Below are positions 29,950 to 38,337 of a DNA stretch of 64,000 bases, piece after piece (within the stretch, counting starts at the first letter, position 1; each line of letters begins with the position of its first letter). The notes beneath the pieces were generated by a model. The model had not been told where the DNA came from and searched no databases. It worked only from the letters and a program-made list of their open reading frames with translations. The position numbers were made by a program, and so were the translations under genes. Source of the DNA: Planctomycetota bacterium (GTDB lineage Bacteria > Planctomycetota > UBA1135 > UBA2386); the NCBI GenBank assembly GCA_965223545.1, contig OZ245006.1:4544001-4608000 (forward strand), written 5' to 3'.

Positions 29950-30182
29950 AGCGCGGCTTCGATCTTCTTGAAGTCGGCGCCCAGGATCGGCGGCCCGTCA
30001 TCGACGACGGTCACCGGGATCGACATGAAGCCCATCTGCACCAACTCTTGCTGGGCCTGCGTGTCGCTGTGGATGTCCTTGACCTCGAACTCCAAACCCT
30101 TCTGGCCAAGGAACTCCTTGACCTGTGTGCACGCGCCTCAACCGGCGCCGCTGTAGACGACGATCTTCTTCTGTTCGCTCAT
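29946..30182 (-). CDS. Glutaredoxin family selenoprotein (UGAC motif)
   Basis: MSEQKKIVVYSGAG-TGA(30140-30138)-GACTQVKEFL...SIPVTVV. The frame stays open to a stop at 29946, and a SECIS-like hairpin follows the UGA. Confidence 0.85.
30104..30123 (-). promoter_or_regulatory. Candidate bacterial SECIS element
   Basis: GGUCAAGG-AGUU-CCUUGGCC hairpin starting 14 nt after the in-frame UGA. Confidence 0.65.
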
Positions 30183-30249
30183 GCGCGGAGGATAGCAGCC
30201 GCTTGATCCGCGTGCCAGGTCGGCCGGGTGCGGTTGGTCCGAGCTCGCG

Positions 30250-32646
30250 TCAGTAGACCGGGCGGACGAAGCGAACGCCGATCTCGCGGCTGGCCACGTC
30301 GTGATACTCGGTGGCTTCGAAGCCGAACGAGAGCACCGCGGCCGGCGGTGCCGCGCAGCCACCGCCGCGGATCACCCGTTCGTCCGGTTGCGCGCCGGCA
30401 TCGCGCACCCACTCGAAGACGTTGCCGAGCGTGTCGTACAGGCCCCAATCGTTGGCCGCGCGGCTGCCGACGCGCCGCGGCACGTTCTCGTCGCCAGTCG
30501 CCGCGTTGGCTTCGGGCGCCAGCACGGCGAAGCGCGCCAGGTCTGCCCCGGTGGTGGGTTGCCGGTCGGTGCAGCCGGCGCGCGCCGCGTACTCCCACTG
30601 TGCGCCGCTGGGCAACGCCAGGCCGTAGCGCCGCGCGATCGCGTCGCATTTCGACCAAGTCTTGGACTCGACCGGATGGGTCGCGGTGACCTCCACCGGT
30701 TCGGGAGTGCGGAACTTCTGCCCCGGCTTGTAGTAGCCGGCGTCGCCGTCGTCGCTCAGCCGCAGCCATTGGGCCTTGGTCAGCTCGTGCGCCGCGGCGA
30801 AGAACGGCGGTGCGCCGCCGGACGCCGGCAGCAGCACGAAGACGATGCCGGTCGTCGCGTCGACCTGCACGCGACCGTCGGCGCCGCGCTCCGGCAGCGC
30901 CGTCGGGTCCGCCGCGGACGGCAGGTGCACGCACTCGAGCAGGCCCGTGGTCGGATGCGTGCCCAGGGGTGCGAGCCCGAGCTGGGGGCGGAGCTCGAAC
31001 CCTTCGAAGCGCGGGTCGGCGGCGACCGCTCGCCGCGCGGCGTCCCACGCCGCCGCGTGCCGTTCGACCGATAGAGCGGTGACGCGCTCGGCCCAGGCGA
31101 TGCGGGCGCGCACGCCCAAGGGGCCGTCGACGTGCCGGTGCTGGAACGCGTCGAGCTCGGCGATCGCATCATCGGCGGCCTTGGCCAAGAACGCCTGCGA
31201 GTCGACCGACAGCGGGCCATCGGCGGCGCGCGCAGTGTCGCGCAGCGAGTCGCGCGTCGCGCGCAACGCGTCGCGCTTGGCCAGCAGCGGCTCGGCGTGG
31301 CCGGTCATCCACTGCCGCAGCGCGGCCAAGTGTCGCGGCCACGCCGGGTGCAGCGGCAGCTGGGCCTCGATCGCGCGCTGCACCTGCGGCCCCGTGGCGA
31401 CCTGATCGAAGCGCCGCAGGGCGCTCTCCGAGCGCAGGTAGAGCCACAGGACCACGACCAGCGCGACCCCCTGGCTGGTGAGGAACGCGGCGGCGAGCGG
31501 GTGGCGCACGACCCAGCGGCGCGCGTGTTCCAGTCGGCCGACGTCGCGGGCCAGCACCGGCTGGCCACGGCGCACGCGCGCCAGATCGTCGGCCAGCGCG
31601 GCCGCGTTCGCGTAGCGCCGCTCGCGGTTCTTCTCCAGACAGGTGGCGACCACGGCGCCGAGGGCTGTGGGCAGCGACTCCAGGCGGTCGACCCGTGGTG
31701 GATCGACGGTGAGGATCTCCTGGAACAGCTGGTCCATCGTCGGCGCGGCAAACGGCCGGCGCAGGGTGAGCGCCTCGAACAAGGTCGCGCCGAGCGAGTA
31801 GACGTCGGTGCGCCGGTCGAGCTTGATGCGGTGCGCGGTGAGCTGTTCGGGCGACATGTAGGCCGGCGTGCCGAGCAGGTCGCCGGAGAGGGTCAGGTCG
31901 CGGTCGTCGTCGTCGTCGCGCGCCAAGCCGAAGTCGAGCACCACGGCTTCGCCATCGGGCGTCACCATGAGGTTGCTCGGCTTGACGTCGCGGTGCAGGA
32001 GGCCGACCTCGTGGGCGGCGTGCAGCGCGCGCGCGGCCGATTCGATCACCGCCACCGCATGGCGCCAGCCGGCGGGCTCGCCGGCGCGGCCGGTGTCGAG
32101 TGCACCCGCCTGCTCGATGGCGGCCAACCGGGCGGCGAGGGTCTCGCCGGGTGCGAGCGCCATGGCGAGATACAGCACGCCGTCGGCTTCGCCGTGATCG
32201 TGCACCGCGCACAAGCCGGGGTGGTCGAGCCGGGCCAGGACCGACGCTTCGCGATCGAACCGCTGTTGGCGGGCGCGCGAGGGCGCGGCATGGGCGGGCA
32301 AGACCTTGAGCGCGACCTGGCGGCCGTCGCGGCTGTCGGTCGCCAGGTGCACCGCGGCCTGCGCGCCGCGGCCGAGCTCGCGCTCGAGGTGGTACGGACC
32401 GATGCGGGTTCGTGCCGCGGGTTGCGCCGGTACGTCCGGCTCGGCCCGGGTGCCGAGCTCACCGATGATCGCGAGCTGCCGCCACCAGCGCCGGAAGCGA
32501 TCGGCGCAGTCCGGGGCGCTGGCGCACAGAGTCTCGAGCTCGTGGGCGTTCGCCCCCGGGTGCTGCTCGAGCCACGCGGCGAATCGTCGCCGCGCAGACG
32601 CCGTGCCGTCGGCGTCGGCCATTGGGTCGGGTGCGGCGTCCGGCAT
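30250..32646 (-). CDS. Ser/Thr protein kinase with C-terminal FGE/SUMF1-like domain
   Basis: VALKVL, HRDVKPSN, DFGLA, GTPAYMSPEQ; LPSGAQWEYAARAG, GLYDTLGNVFEW. Confidence 0.92.
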   Translation of the reverse strand: MPDAAPDPMADADGTASARRRFAAWLEQHPGANAHELETLCASAPDCADRFRRWWRQLAIIGELGTRAEPDVPAQPAARTRIGPYHLERELGRGAQAAVHLATDSRDGRQVALKVLPAHAAPSRARQQRFDREASVLARLDHPGLCAVHDHGEADGVLYLAMALAPGETLAARLAAIEQAGALDTGRAGEPAGWRHAVAVIESAARALHAAHEVGLLHRDVKPSNLMVTPDGEAVVLDFGLARDDDDDRDLTLSGDLLGTPAYMSPEQLTAHRIKLDRRTDVYSLGATLFEALTLRRPFAAPTMDQLFQEILTVDPPRVDRLESLPTALGAVVATCLEKNRERRYANAAALADDLARVRRGQPVLARDVGRLEHARRWVVRHPLAAAFLTSQGVALVVVLWLYLRSESALRRFDQVATGPQVQRAIEAQLPLHPAWPRHLAALRQWMTGHAEPLLAKRDALRATRDSLRDTARAADGPLSVDSQAFLAKAADDAIAELDAFQHRHVDGPLGVRARIAWAERVTALSVERHAAAWDAARRAVAADPRFEGFELRPQLGLAPLGTHPTTGLLECVHLPSAADPTALPERGADGRVQVDATTGIVFVLLPASGGAPPFFAAAHELTKAQWLRLSDDGDAGYYKPGQKFRTPEPVEVTATHPVESKTWSKCDAIARRYGLALPSGAQWEYAARAGCTDRQPTTGADLARFAVLAPEANAATGDENVPRRVGSRAANDWGLYDTLGNVFEWVRDAGAQPDERVIRGGGCAAPPAAVLSFGFEATEYHDVASREIGVRFVRPVY

Positions 32647-32673
32647 CGCCGCCGTGGGTCAAAGGTGCCGGGA

Positions 32674-32871
32674 TCAGGAAGTCTCGCGAGCGGGGTCGGT
32701 CGCGTCCAGCTCTTCCTCGGTCGGCTCGGGCGGCGGCAGCCGGAAGACGAAACGGACGATGCGCTTGACGCGGGTGGTGATCCAGCGCCAACCAATCAGG
32801 AGGAAGCCGGCGATGGCAACGAAGACCGAAGTGACCGGTGCGATGGACTCGGGGCCGATGTACGCGATCAT
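32674..32871 (-). CDS. Small single-TM protein (AYIGP N-terminus)
   Basis: MIAYIGPESIAPVTSVFVAIAGFLLIGWRW...; hydrophobic stretch followed by basic residues. Confidence 0.6.
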   Translation of the reverse strand: MIAYIGPESIAPVTSVFVAIAGFLLIGWRWITTRVKRIVRFVFRLPPPEPTEEELDATDPARETS

Positions 32872-33089
32872 GGAAAGCTGATAGGGCGAGAAGTGGCCTT
32901 GCAGATGTGCAGGGCGGACAAGGGTCGGGGAATCGTAGCTCGCCCCGCCGGCCGTGCAACCTGCCCGGCTTGCGGGGGAGTGCTGAGCGGTGGCCACAAA
33001 CCCCGGTGAGAAGGGGGGTTGACCGACGCTGGGAATCGGCTGCAGGTGGCTGTTTCTAAAGCGGCCCGGGCGTGGACGATGGGCGCGCC

Positions 33090-33881
33090 ATGACCGATAC
33101 GGACCTCACCACTCTCGCCGTCGAGCGCGATGGCGCCGTGCTGCGCGTGTTTCTCGACCGCCCCGGCGTGCGCAACGCCTTCAACGGGGTCGTCGTCGAC
33201 GAGCTGACGCGCGTGTTCACCGGCGCCAGCGACGATCCCGCCGTGCGCGTGGTCGTGCTCGCGGGGCGGGGCAAGAGCTTCAGTGCCGGCGCGGACCTGC
33301 AGTGGATGCGCGAGCAGGGCAACCTCGAGCCCGAGGCGAGCGAGGCGGACACGGCCAAGATGGCGCGCGCGTTCCTCTCCATCGCGCGCTGCGCCAAGCC
33401 GGTGGTCGCGCGGATCCACGGCCACGCCCTCGGCGGGGGCAGCGGCCTGACCGCGGCTGCCGACATCGCGCTGTGCGCACAGGACACGGTGTTCGGGCTC
33501 ACCGAGGTCAAGCTCGGCATCGTGCCGGCGGTGATCTCGCCGTTCGTCATGCAGAAGATCGGTGCCGGTCGAGCGCGCACGCTGTTCCTCACCGGCGAAC
33601 GCTTCGACGGAGTGGAAGCCGAACGCATCGGCTTGGTGCACAAGGCGGTGCCGCTCGATCGGCTCGACGCCGAAGTCGACCGCACGGTCGGCGAGCTCCT
33701 GAGCGCGGGCCCGGCCGCGGTGGCGAGCGCGAAAGAGCTGATCCGCACCGTCGCACCGCTCGACCTCGAAGCGGCGATCCCCGTCACCGCCCGCTGGATC
33801 GCGGCCCTCCGCGCGACCCCCGAAGCCCAGGAGGGAATGAGCGCCTTCCTCAACAAGCGCAAGCCCGCGTGGCTGGCGTGA
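33090..33881 (+). CDS. Enoyl-CoA hydratase/isomerase (methylglutaconyl-CoA hydratase-like)
   Basis: FSAGADLQWM, ALGGG.GL, EVKLGIVPAVISP. Confidence 0.9.
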   Translation: MTDTDLTTLAVERDGAVLRVFLDRPGVRNAFNGVVVDELTRVFTGASDDPAVRVVVLAGRGKSFSAGADLQWMREQGNLEPEASEADTAKMARAFLSIARCAKPVVARIHGHALGGGSGLTAAADIALCAQDTVFGLTEVKLGIVPAVISPFVMQKIGAGRARTLFLTGERFDGVEAERIGLVHKAVPLDRLDAEVDRTVGELLSAGPAAVASAKELIRTVAPLDLEAAIPVTARWIAALRATPEAQEGMSAFLNKRKPAWLA

Positions 33882-33906
33882 AGGTACGGAGCCTGACTCC
33901 GTACCT

Positions 33907-35673
33907 TCAGAACACCACGCGGGAGACGATGTCCGACACCTCGAAGGGCAGGGTCGGGGTGGTTGGGTCGAACGTGACGGCCTGCCAGTGGAGCGGCGGG
34001 ATCGGTACTCCTGACGGCAGGTTGATCTGATAGCTCGCGGTGCCGGTGCGGTCGGCCGTGGTGAGGCCGAAGTTGGCGATGGCGTTGAACTGCGCGCCGA
34101 TCCCGAGGCTGAGGACGCCGGGTACCGTGCTGGGTTGCAGCGAGCTCGAGGCCAACAGCGTGGACTGCCAGCCGGCGTCCGTGTGGACGAGGATCGGGGC
34201 AGGCGTGCCGCGCAGGAAGAACACCGGCGTTGTGATCTGGCTCGGGTGGTTGCCGGTGATGTTGAGCGTCAGGCTGTTGCTCGGCGAGCGCCGGTTGATG
34301 GCGACGACCGGGTGAGTGCCGATGGGGAACGGGCTCGGTGGGCGGAGCTGGATCGTCGTGGGATCGACGATCGAAAACCCGACCTGCTGTCCGCCGATGC
34401 GCAGTATCAGGACCGTGTCGAGCTCCTGGCCGCGGAGCGTGACGATCGGCGGCGCGTGCGAGGGCGTGGTGGAGGGAGTCGCCGACGTCAGCGTCGGCGG
34501 TGGGCCCGACGAGGGGACGCAGAAGAGAGTGTTGCGGAAGGCGAGGATGCCGGCAGCCACGGCGGGACTGAAGCCGGTCAGGATGCCGGAGCATCCGCCC
34601 AGCCTCGAGCACATGATCGCGCAGGACGAGCTGGTGTTGCAGTGGTTGGCGGCCCAGTTGTGGCCGAGTTCGTGCGCAGTGAGTGCGACCCGCGCTGAGA
34701 AGTTCGTGGTATAGCGCGACCACGAGAGCGCGTACGCCGAGGCAATCGCGCAGACGACGCCCAATTCGGCGATGCCGATGACGCTCGACGTGAGCGCTCG
34801 GCCGGTGAACAGGTGCGCAACGTCGCGTTGGACGCCCGTGTGCTGGTTGTTCCAGCGGTAGGAGAACGCGTTGAGAAGATCCGACGGTTGGCTGGCAAAG
34901 TAGGTCGGCGTCGTCCGCACGATGATCGCGGTGATGGTGTAGGTGATCTCGCAGTCGCGCTGGTAGATCACGTCGATCGCGTTCATCACCGTCATCAGGT
35001 CGTTCTGCACCGCGGTCGTCGAGCCCCCCAGTTGGCGGTAGTACGGCTCGTCCGCATCGAGGGCGATCTCGCAAACATCGATGGTGCCGGTGCGCGTGGT
35101 CGTCACGAGTCCCGACGGCGGTGGCGGCACCGACAGCCGGCGCTGCATGAAGTCGGTGACGCCGCACGTGTACTGCGGGCCGTCGTACGCCGATGCGCGG
35201 TAGACCAGATGCAGATCGGCCGGGCTGCCTGGCAGCGCATCGTGCAGTGGTTGAATGCCGAAGGTCTTGCCGTCGACGTGCACGGTCGCGGTCAGCCGGC
35301 CGGCGATGAGACTCGCCGCGACCGGCGCGGCATCGACTCCCGCGACCCGGCCACGGTAGGTGACCGACGGTGGCGCCGGGACCTCGGTCAGTCCCTTGCC
35401 GTCGTCGACGAGCAGCTTGAAGTCTGGCGCGCGCAGGTCGTGCGGGCGCAGCTCCAGTCGGCGCAGCGTGCCGTCGAGCAGCACGTTGGTCGTCACGACC
35501 CCGTCGCGGTGGTCGAAGGTCAACGACTGCACCGTGCCGTCGCGCAGATGCAGCGCGGCGAGCAGGTCGGCGGGCGGAGTGATCGGGCCCTGCGCGACAA
35601 CGCCGCAGGGACTGATGGCCATGGCGAGCGCGGCGACGAGCGCAGCCGTCGACCGAAAAGGGCGTAGATGCAT
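33907..35673 (-). CDS. Secreted M12 (reprolysin-like) zinc metalloprotease with Ig-like and shared C-terminal domains
   Basis: HELGHNWAANH, Met-turn CAIMC, cysteine-switch-like TCG, RDVAHLFTG. Confidence 0.9.
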   Translation of the reverse strand: MHLRPFRSTAALVAALAMAISPCGVVAQGPITPPADLLAALHLRDGTVQSLTFDHRDGVVTTNVLLDGTLRRLELRPHDLRAPDFKLLVDDGKGLTEVPAPPSVTYRGRVAGVDAAPVAASLIAGRLTATVHVDGKTFGIQPLHDALPGSPADLHLVYRASAYDGPQYTCGVTDFMQRRLSVPPPPSGLVTTTRTGTIDVCEIALDADEPYYRQLGGSTTAVQNDLMTVMNAIDVIYQRDCEITYTITAIIVRTTPTYFASQPSDLLNAFSYRWNNQHTGVQRDVAHLFTGRALTSSVIGIAELGVVCAIASAYALSWSRYTTNFSARVALTAHELGHNWAANHCNTSSSCAIMCSRLGGCSGILTGFSPAVAAGILAFRNTLFCVPSSGPPPTLTSATPSTTPSHAPPIVTLRGQELDTVLILRIGGQQVGFSIVDPTTIQLRPPSPFPIGTHPVVAINRRSPSNSLTLNITGNHPSQITTPVFFLRGTPAPILVHTDAGWQSTLLASSSLQPSTVPGVLSLGIGAQFNAIANFGLTTADRTGTASYQINLPSGVPIPPLHWQAVTFDPTTPTLPFEVSDIVSRVVF

Positions 35674-35835
35674 GGGGAACAACGGGTCGGGCCGCCGCAG
35701 CTTGGGGGGCGCGGCCGAGACCGTCAAGCCGGGAGCGCCGCGGACCTGCAGGCGGCGGCGGCGCTGCGCCGCACCCGTCGGTGCCATGGCCGCGCTTGAC
35801 CGCGCCGACCCGTTCGGCTCGTCTGCCGCCAGGTC

Positions 35836-37065
35836 ATGACCACCGCGACCGCCGCCGGCAGCCCGAGCTCCTCCCGCGTGGTGTTGTTGGGAGCCATCGC
35901 CCTCCTCTTGTTGGTGCCGGTCACCCTGCCCGTGCCGGTGCTGCGCGGCCTGGTGCAGGAGCGGTTCTTGGTCTCGGACTTGCTCACCGCGTGCTTCATG
36001 TCGATCAACATGGTCGGCGCGGTGCTCGCCGCACCGATCGCGGGAATGCTCGCCGACCGCGGTGGCCGCCGCGCGCGGTGGATCGCGGCGGCGCTGGTGA
36101 TCGACGCGGCCTGCTTCGCGGCGATGACCGCCGACCTCACCTTCGCCGCGTTCTTGGCGATCCGCTTCGTCGAGGGGTGTGCGCACATCGTCGCGCTGTC
36201 GCTGCTGCTGTCGTTGGCGGCCGCCAGCTCCGGACCCGAGCGGCGCGGCCGCGTGATGGGTGCGGTGGGCGCCGGACTCACGCTGGGGGTCGCGCTCGGC
36301 GCACCGCTCGGCGGGGCGTTGGGGCGGGACGATGCGCTGCAGCCGCTGCGCGCCGGGGCGATCGTCTGTCTCGCCACGGCTGCGCTGGTGCTCGTCGTGT
36401 TGCCGGACGTGCGCTCCACTTCGCGGCGGCCCAGCTTGCGGGCGATCGTGGCGACCCTGCGCCGCGAGCGCGGGCTCTGGGCGCCGCTGTCGTTCGCCTT
36501 CGCCGATCGATTCACCGTCGGCTTCTTCACCACGGTCTTTCCGCTCTACGTGCAGCGCGTGCACGCCCTGCCGGTCGAGCGCGTCGGATTGTTGCTGGGG
36601 TTGTTCTTGGGGCCGTTCGCCCTGCTGTCATACCCGGCTGGCCGACTGGCCGAACGGCGGGTGCCGGCGCATCTGGTGATCGCCGGCAGTGCGATCTACG
36701 GCGCGTTGGTGGTGACGCTGGGGTGGTGGCCGTCGTCGGCATTGCCGTACTTGATGGTCGGCCTCGGCGTGACGTCGGCAGTGATGTTCGTGCCCTGCCT
36801 GATCAGCACCAGCGAGGCGGTCTCCGGCGACGTGCGCTCGACGGCGCTGGGCGCGTTCAACGCCGCGGGGTCGCTCGGCTTCATCGTCGGACCGCTGGTC
36901 GGTGGCATGGTGGCGCAGGAGGTCGGGGCCGTGCACGGTCTGCACCAGGGCTACCGGATGTCGTTCGTCGTCGCCGGGCTTGCCGAGCTGTTGTGCGTGC
37001 TGCTTGCCGGCCGTGCGTTGTTGCGCGCGGCGAGGCTGCGGGGTCGCGCGGCGCCCGGCCGATGA
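35836..37065 (+). CDS. MFS transporter
   Basis: About 12 TM segments; GMLADRGGRR motif A. Confidence 0.88.
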   Translation: MTTATAAGSPSSSRVVLLGAIALLLLVPVTLPVPVLRGLVQERFLVSDLLTACFMSINMVGAVLAAPIAGMLADRGGRRARWIAAALVIDAACFAAMTADLTFAAFLAIRFVEGCAHIVALSLLLSLAAASSGPERRGRVMGAVGAGLTLGVALGAPLGGALGRDDALQPLRAGAIVCLATAALVLVVLPDVRSTSRRPSLRAIVATLRRERGLWAPLSFAFADRFTVGFFTTVFPLYVQRVHALPVERVGLLLGLFLGPFALLSYPAGRLAERRVPAHLVIAGSAIYGALVVTLGWWPSSALPYLMVGLGVTSAVMFVPCLISTSEAVSGDVRSTALGAFNAAGSLGFIVGPLVGGMVAQEVGAVHGLHQGYRMSFVVAGLAELLCVLLAGRALLRAARLRGRAAPGR

Positions 37066-37101
37066 ACCCCACTCGAGAATGGTCTACAGTCGCCGGTCGC
37101 C

Positions 37102-38331
37102 ATGAACCCGACCGACACCGACACGCAGTCTGCTGCCGCCCGCCTGCTCGCGCTCGAAGAACGCTACGCCGCGCACAACTACCATCCGCTCGACGTCGTC
37201 CTCAGCCGCGCCGAGGGCCCTTGGGTCTGGGACGTCGACGGCAGGCGCTACCTGGACTGTCTGTCGGCGTACTCCGCGGTCAACCAGGGCCACAACCACC
37301 CGCGCATCGTCGCCGCGCTCGTGGAGCAGGCGCAAAAGCTGGCGCTGACGTCGCGGGCGTTTCGCAACGACCGCTTCGGCCCGTTCTGCGAGAAGCTGTG
37401 CGGGCTGCTGGGCTTCGACCGCGTGTTGATGATGAACACCGGCGCAGAAGCGGTGGAGACCGCGATCAAGGCGGCGCGCAAGTGGGGCTACGAGATCAAG
37501 GGTGTGGCGCCGGGTGCTGCCAAGATCATCGTCTTCGACGGCAACTTTCACGGCCGCACGACGACGATCGTCGGCTTCTCCGATGACCCGCTGGCCAACA
37601 GCGGCTACGGGCCGTTCGCGCCGGGCTTCGTCAGCGTGCCGTACGGCGACGCGGACGCCGTCGAGCAGGCTTTCGACGACGATGTGGTCGCGGTGCTGGT
37701 CGAGCCGATCCAGGGCGAGGGCGGCGTCGTCATGCCGCCAGCGGAGTTCCTGCCGAAGCTGCGCGCACTCTGCGACGCGCGGCAGGCCCTGTTGATCTGC
37801 GACGAGATCCAGTCCGGCTTGGGGCGTGCCGGGGAGTGGTTGGCGCACACCGCCGCGGGGGTGCGCGCCGACGCGGTCACCATCGGCAAGGCGCTCTCGG
37901 GTGGGCTGTATCCGGTTTCCGCCTTCCTCGCGAGCGAAGCGGTGATGGCGGTCTTCACGCCGGGCACCCACGGCTCGACCTACGGCGGCAACCCGCTGGC
38001 CTGCGCGGTCGCCGAAGCCGCGTGCGATGTGCTCGTCGAGGAGCGGTTGGTGGAGCGCTCGGCCGAGCTGGGGGCGTGGTTCCTGGATGCCCTGGCCGGC
38101 CTCGGTGCGGACACGGTTGCCGAGGTGCGCGGCGCCGGGCTGTGGGCCGGCGTCCAGCTGCTGGAGGAAGCCGGCGGAGCCCGTCGCTACTGCGAAGCGC
38201 TGCGCCGCGAGGGCATCCTCGCCAAGGAGACCCATGTCCACACCATCCGCTTCGCGCCGCCGCTGGTGATCGAGCGCGCCGATCTCGAATGGGCCGTCGA
38301 CCGCATCGGCACCGTGCTGAACGGCGGCTGA
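37102..38331 (+). CDS. rocD: Ornithine--oxo-acid aminotransferase
   Basis: AHNYHPL, SAYSAVNQGH, DEIQSGLGR, GKALSGG, HGSTYGGNPLA. Confidence 0.93.
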   Translation: MNPTDTDTQSAAARLLALEERYAAHNYHPLDVVLSRAEGPWVWDVDGRRYLDCLSAYSAVNQGHNHPRIVAALVEQAQKLALTSRAFRNDRFGPFCEKLCGLLGFDRVLMMNTGAEAVETAIKAARKWGYEIKGVAPGAAKIIVFDGNFHGRTTTIVGFSDDPLANSGYGPFAPGFVSVPYGDADAVEQAFDDDVVAVLVEPIQGEGGVVMPPAEFLPKLRALCDARQALLICDEIQSGLGRAGEWLAHTAAGVRADAVTIGKALSGGLYPVSAFLASEAVMAVFTPGTHGSTYGGNPLACAVAEAACDVLVEERLVERSAELGAWFLDALAGLGADTVAEVRGAGLWAGVQLLEEAGGARRYCEALRREGILAKETHVHTIRFAPPLVIERADLEWAVDRIGTVLNGG

Positions 38332-38337
38332 ACGCGC

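Noticed and set aside
33907..35673. M12 protease as the activator of the gasdermin-like protein
   Set aside because: It is 20 kb away with no linkage evidence.
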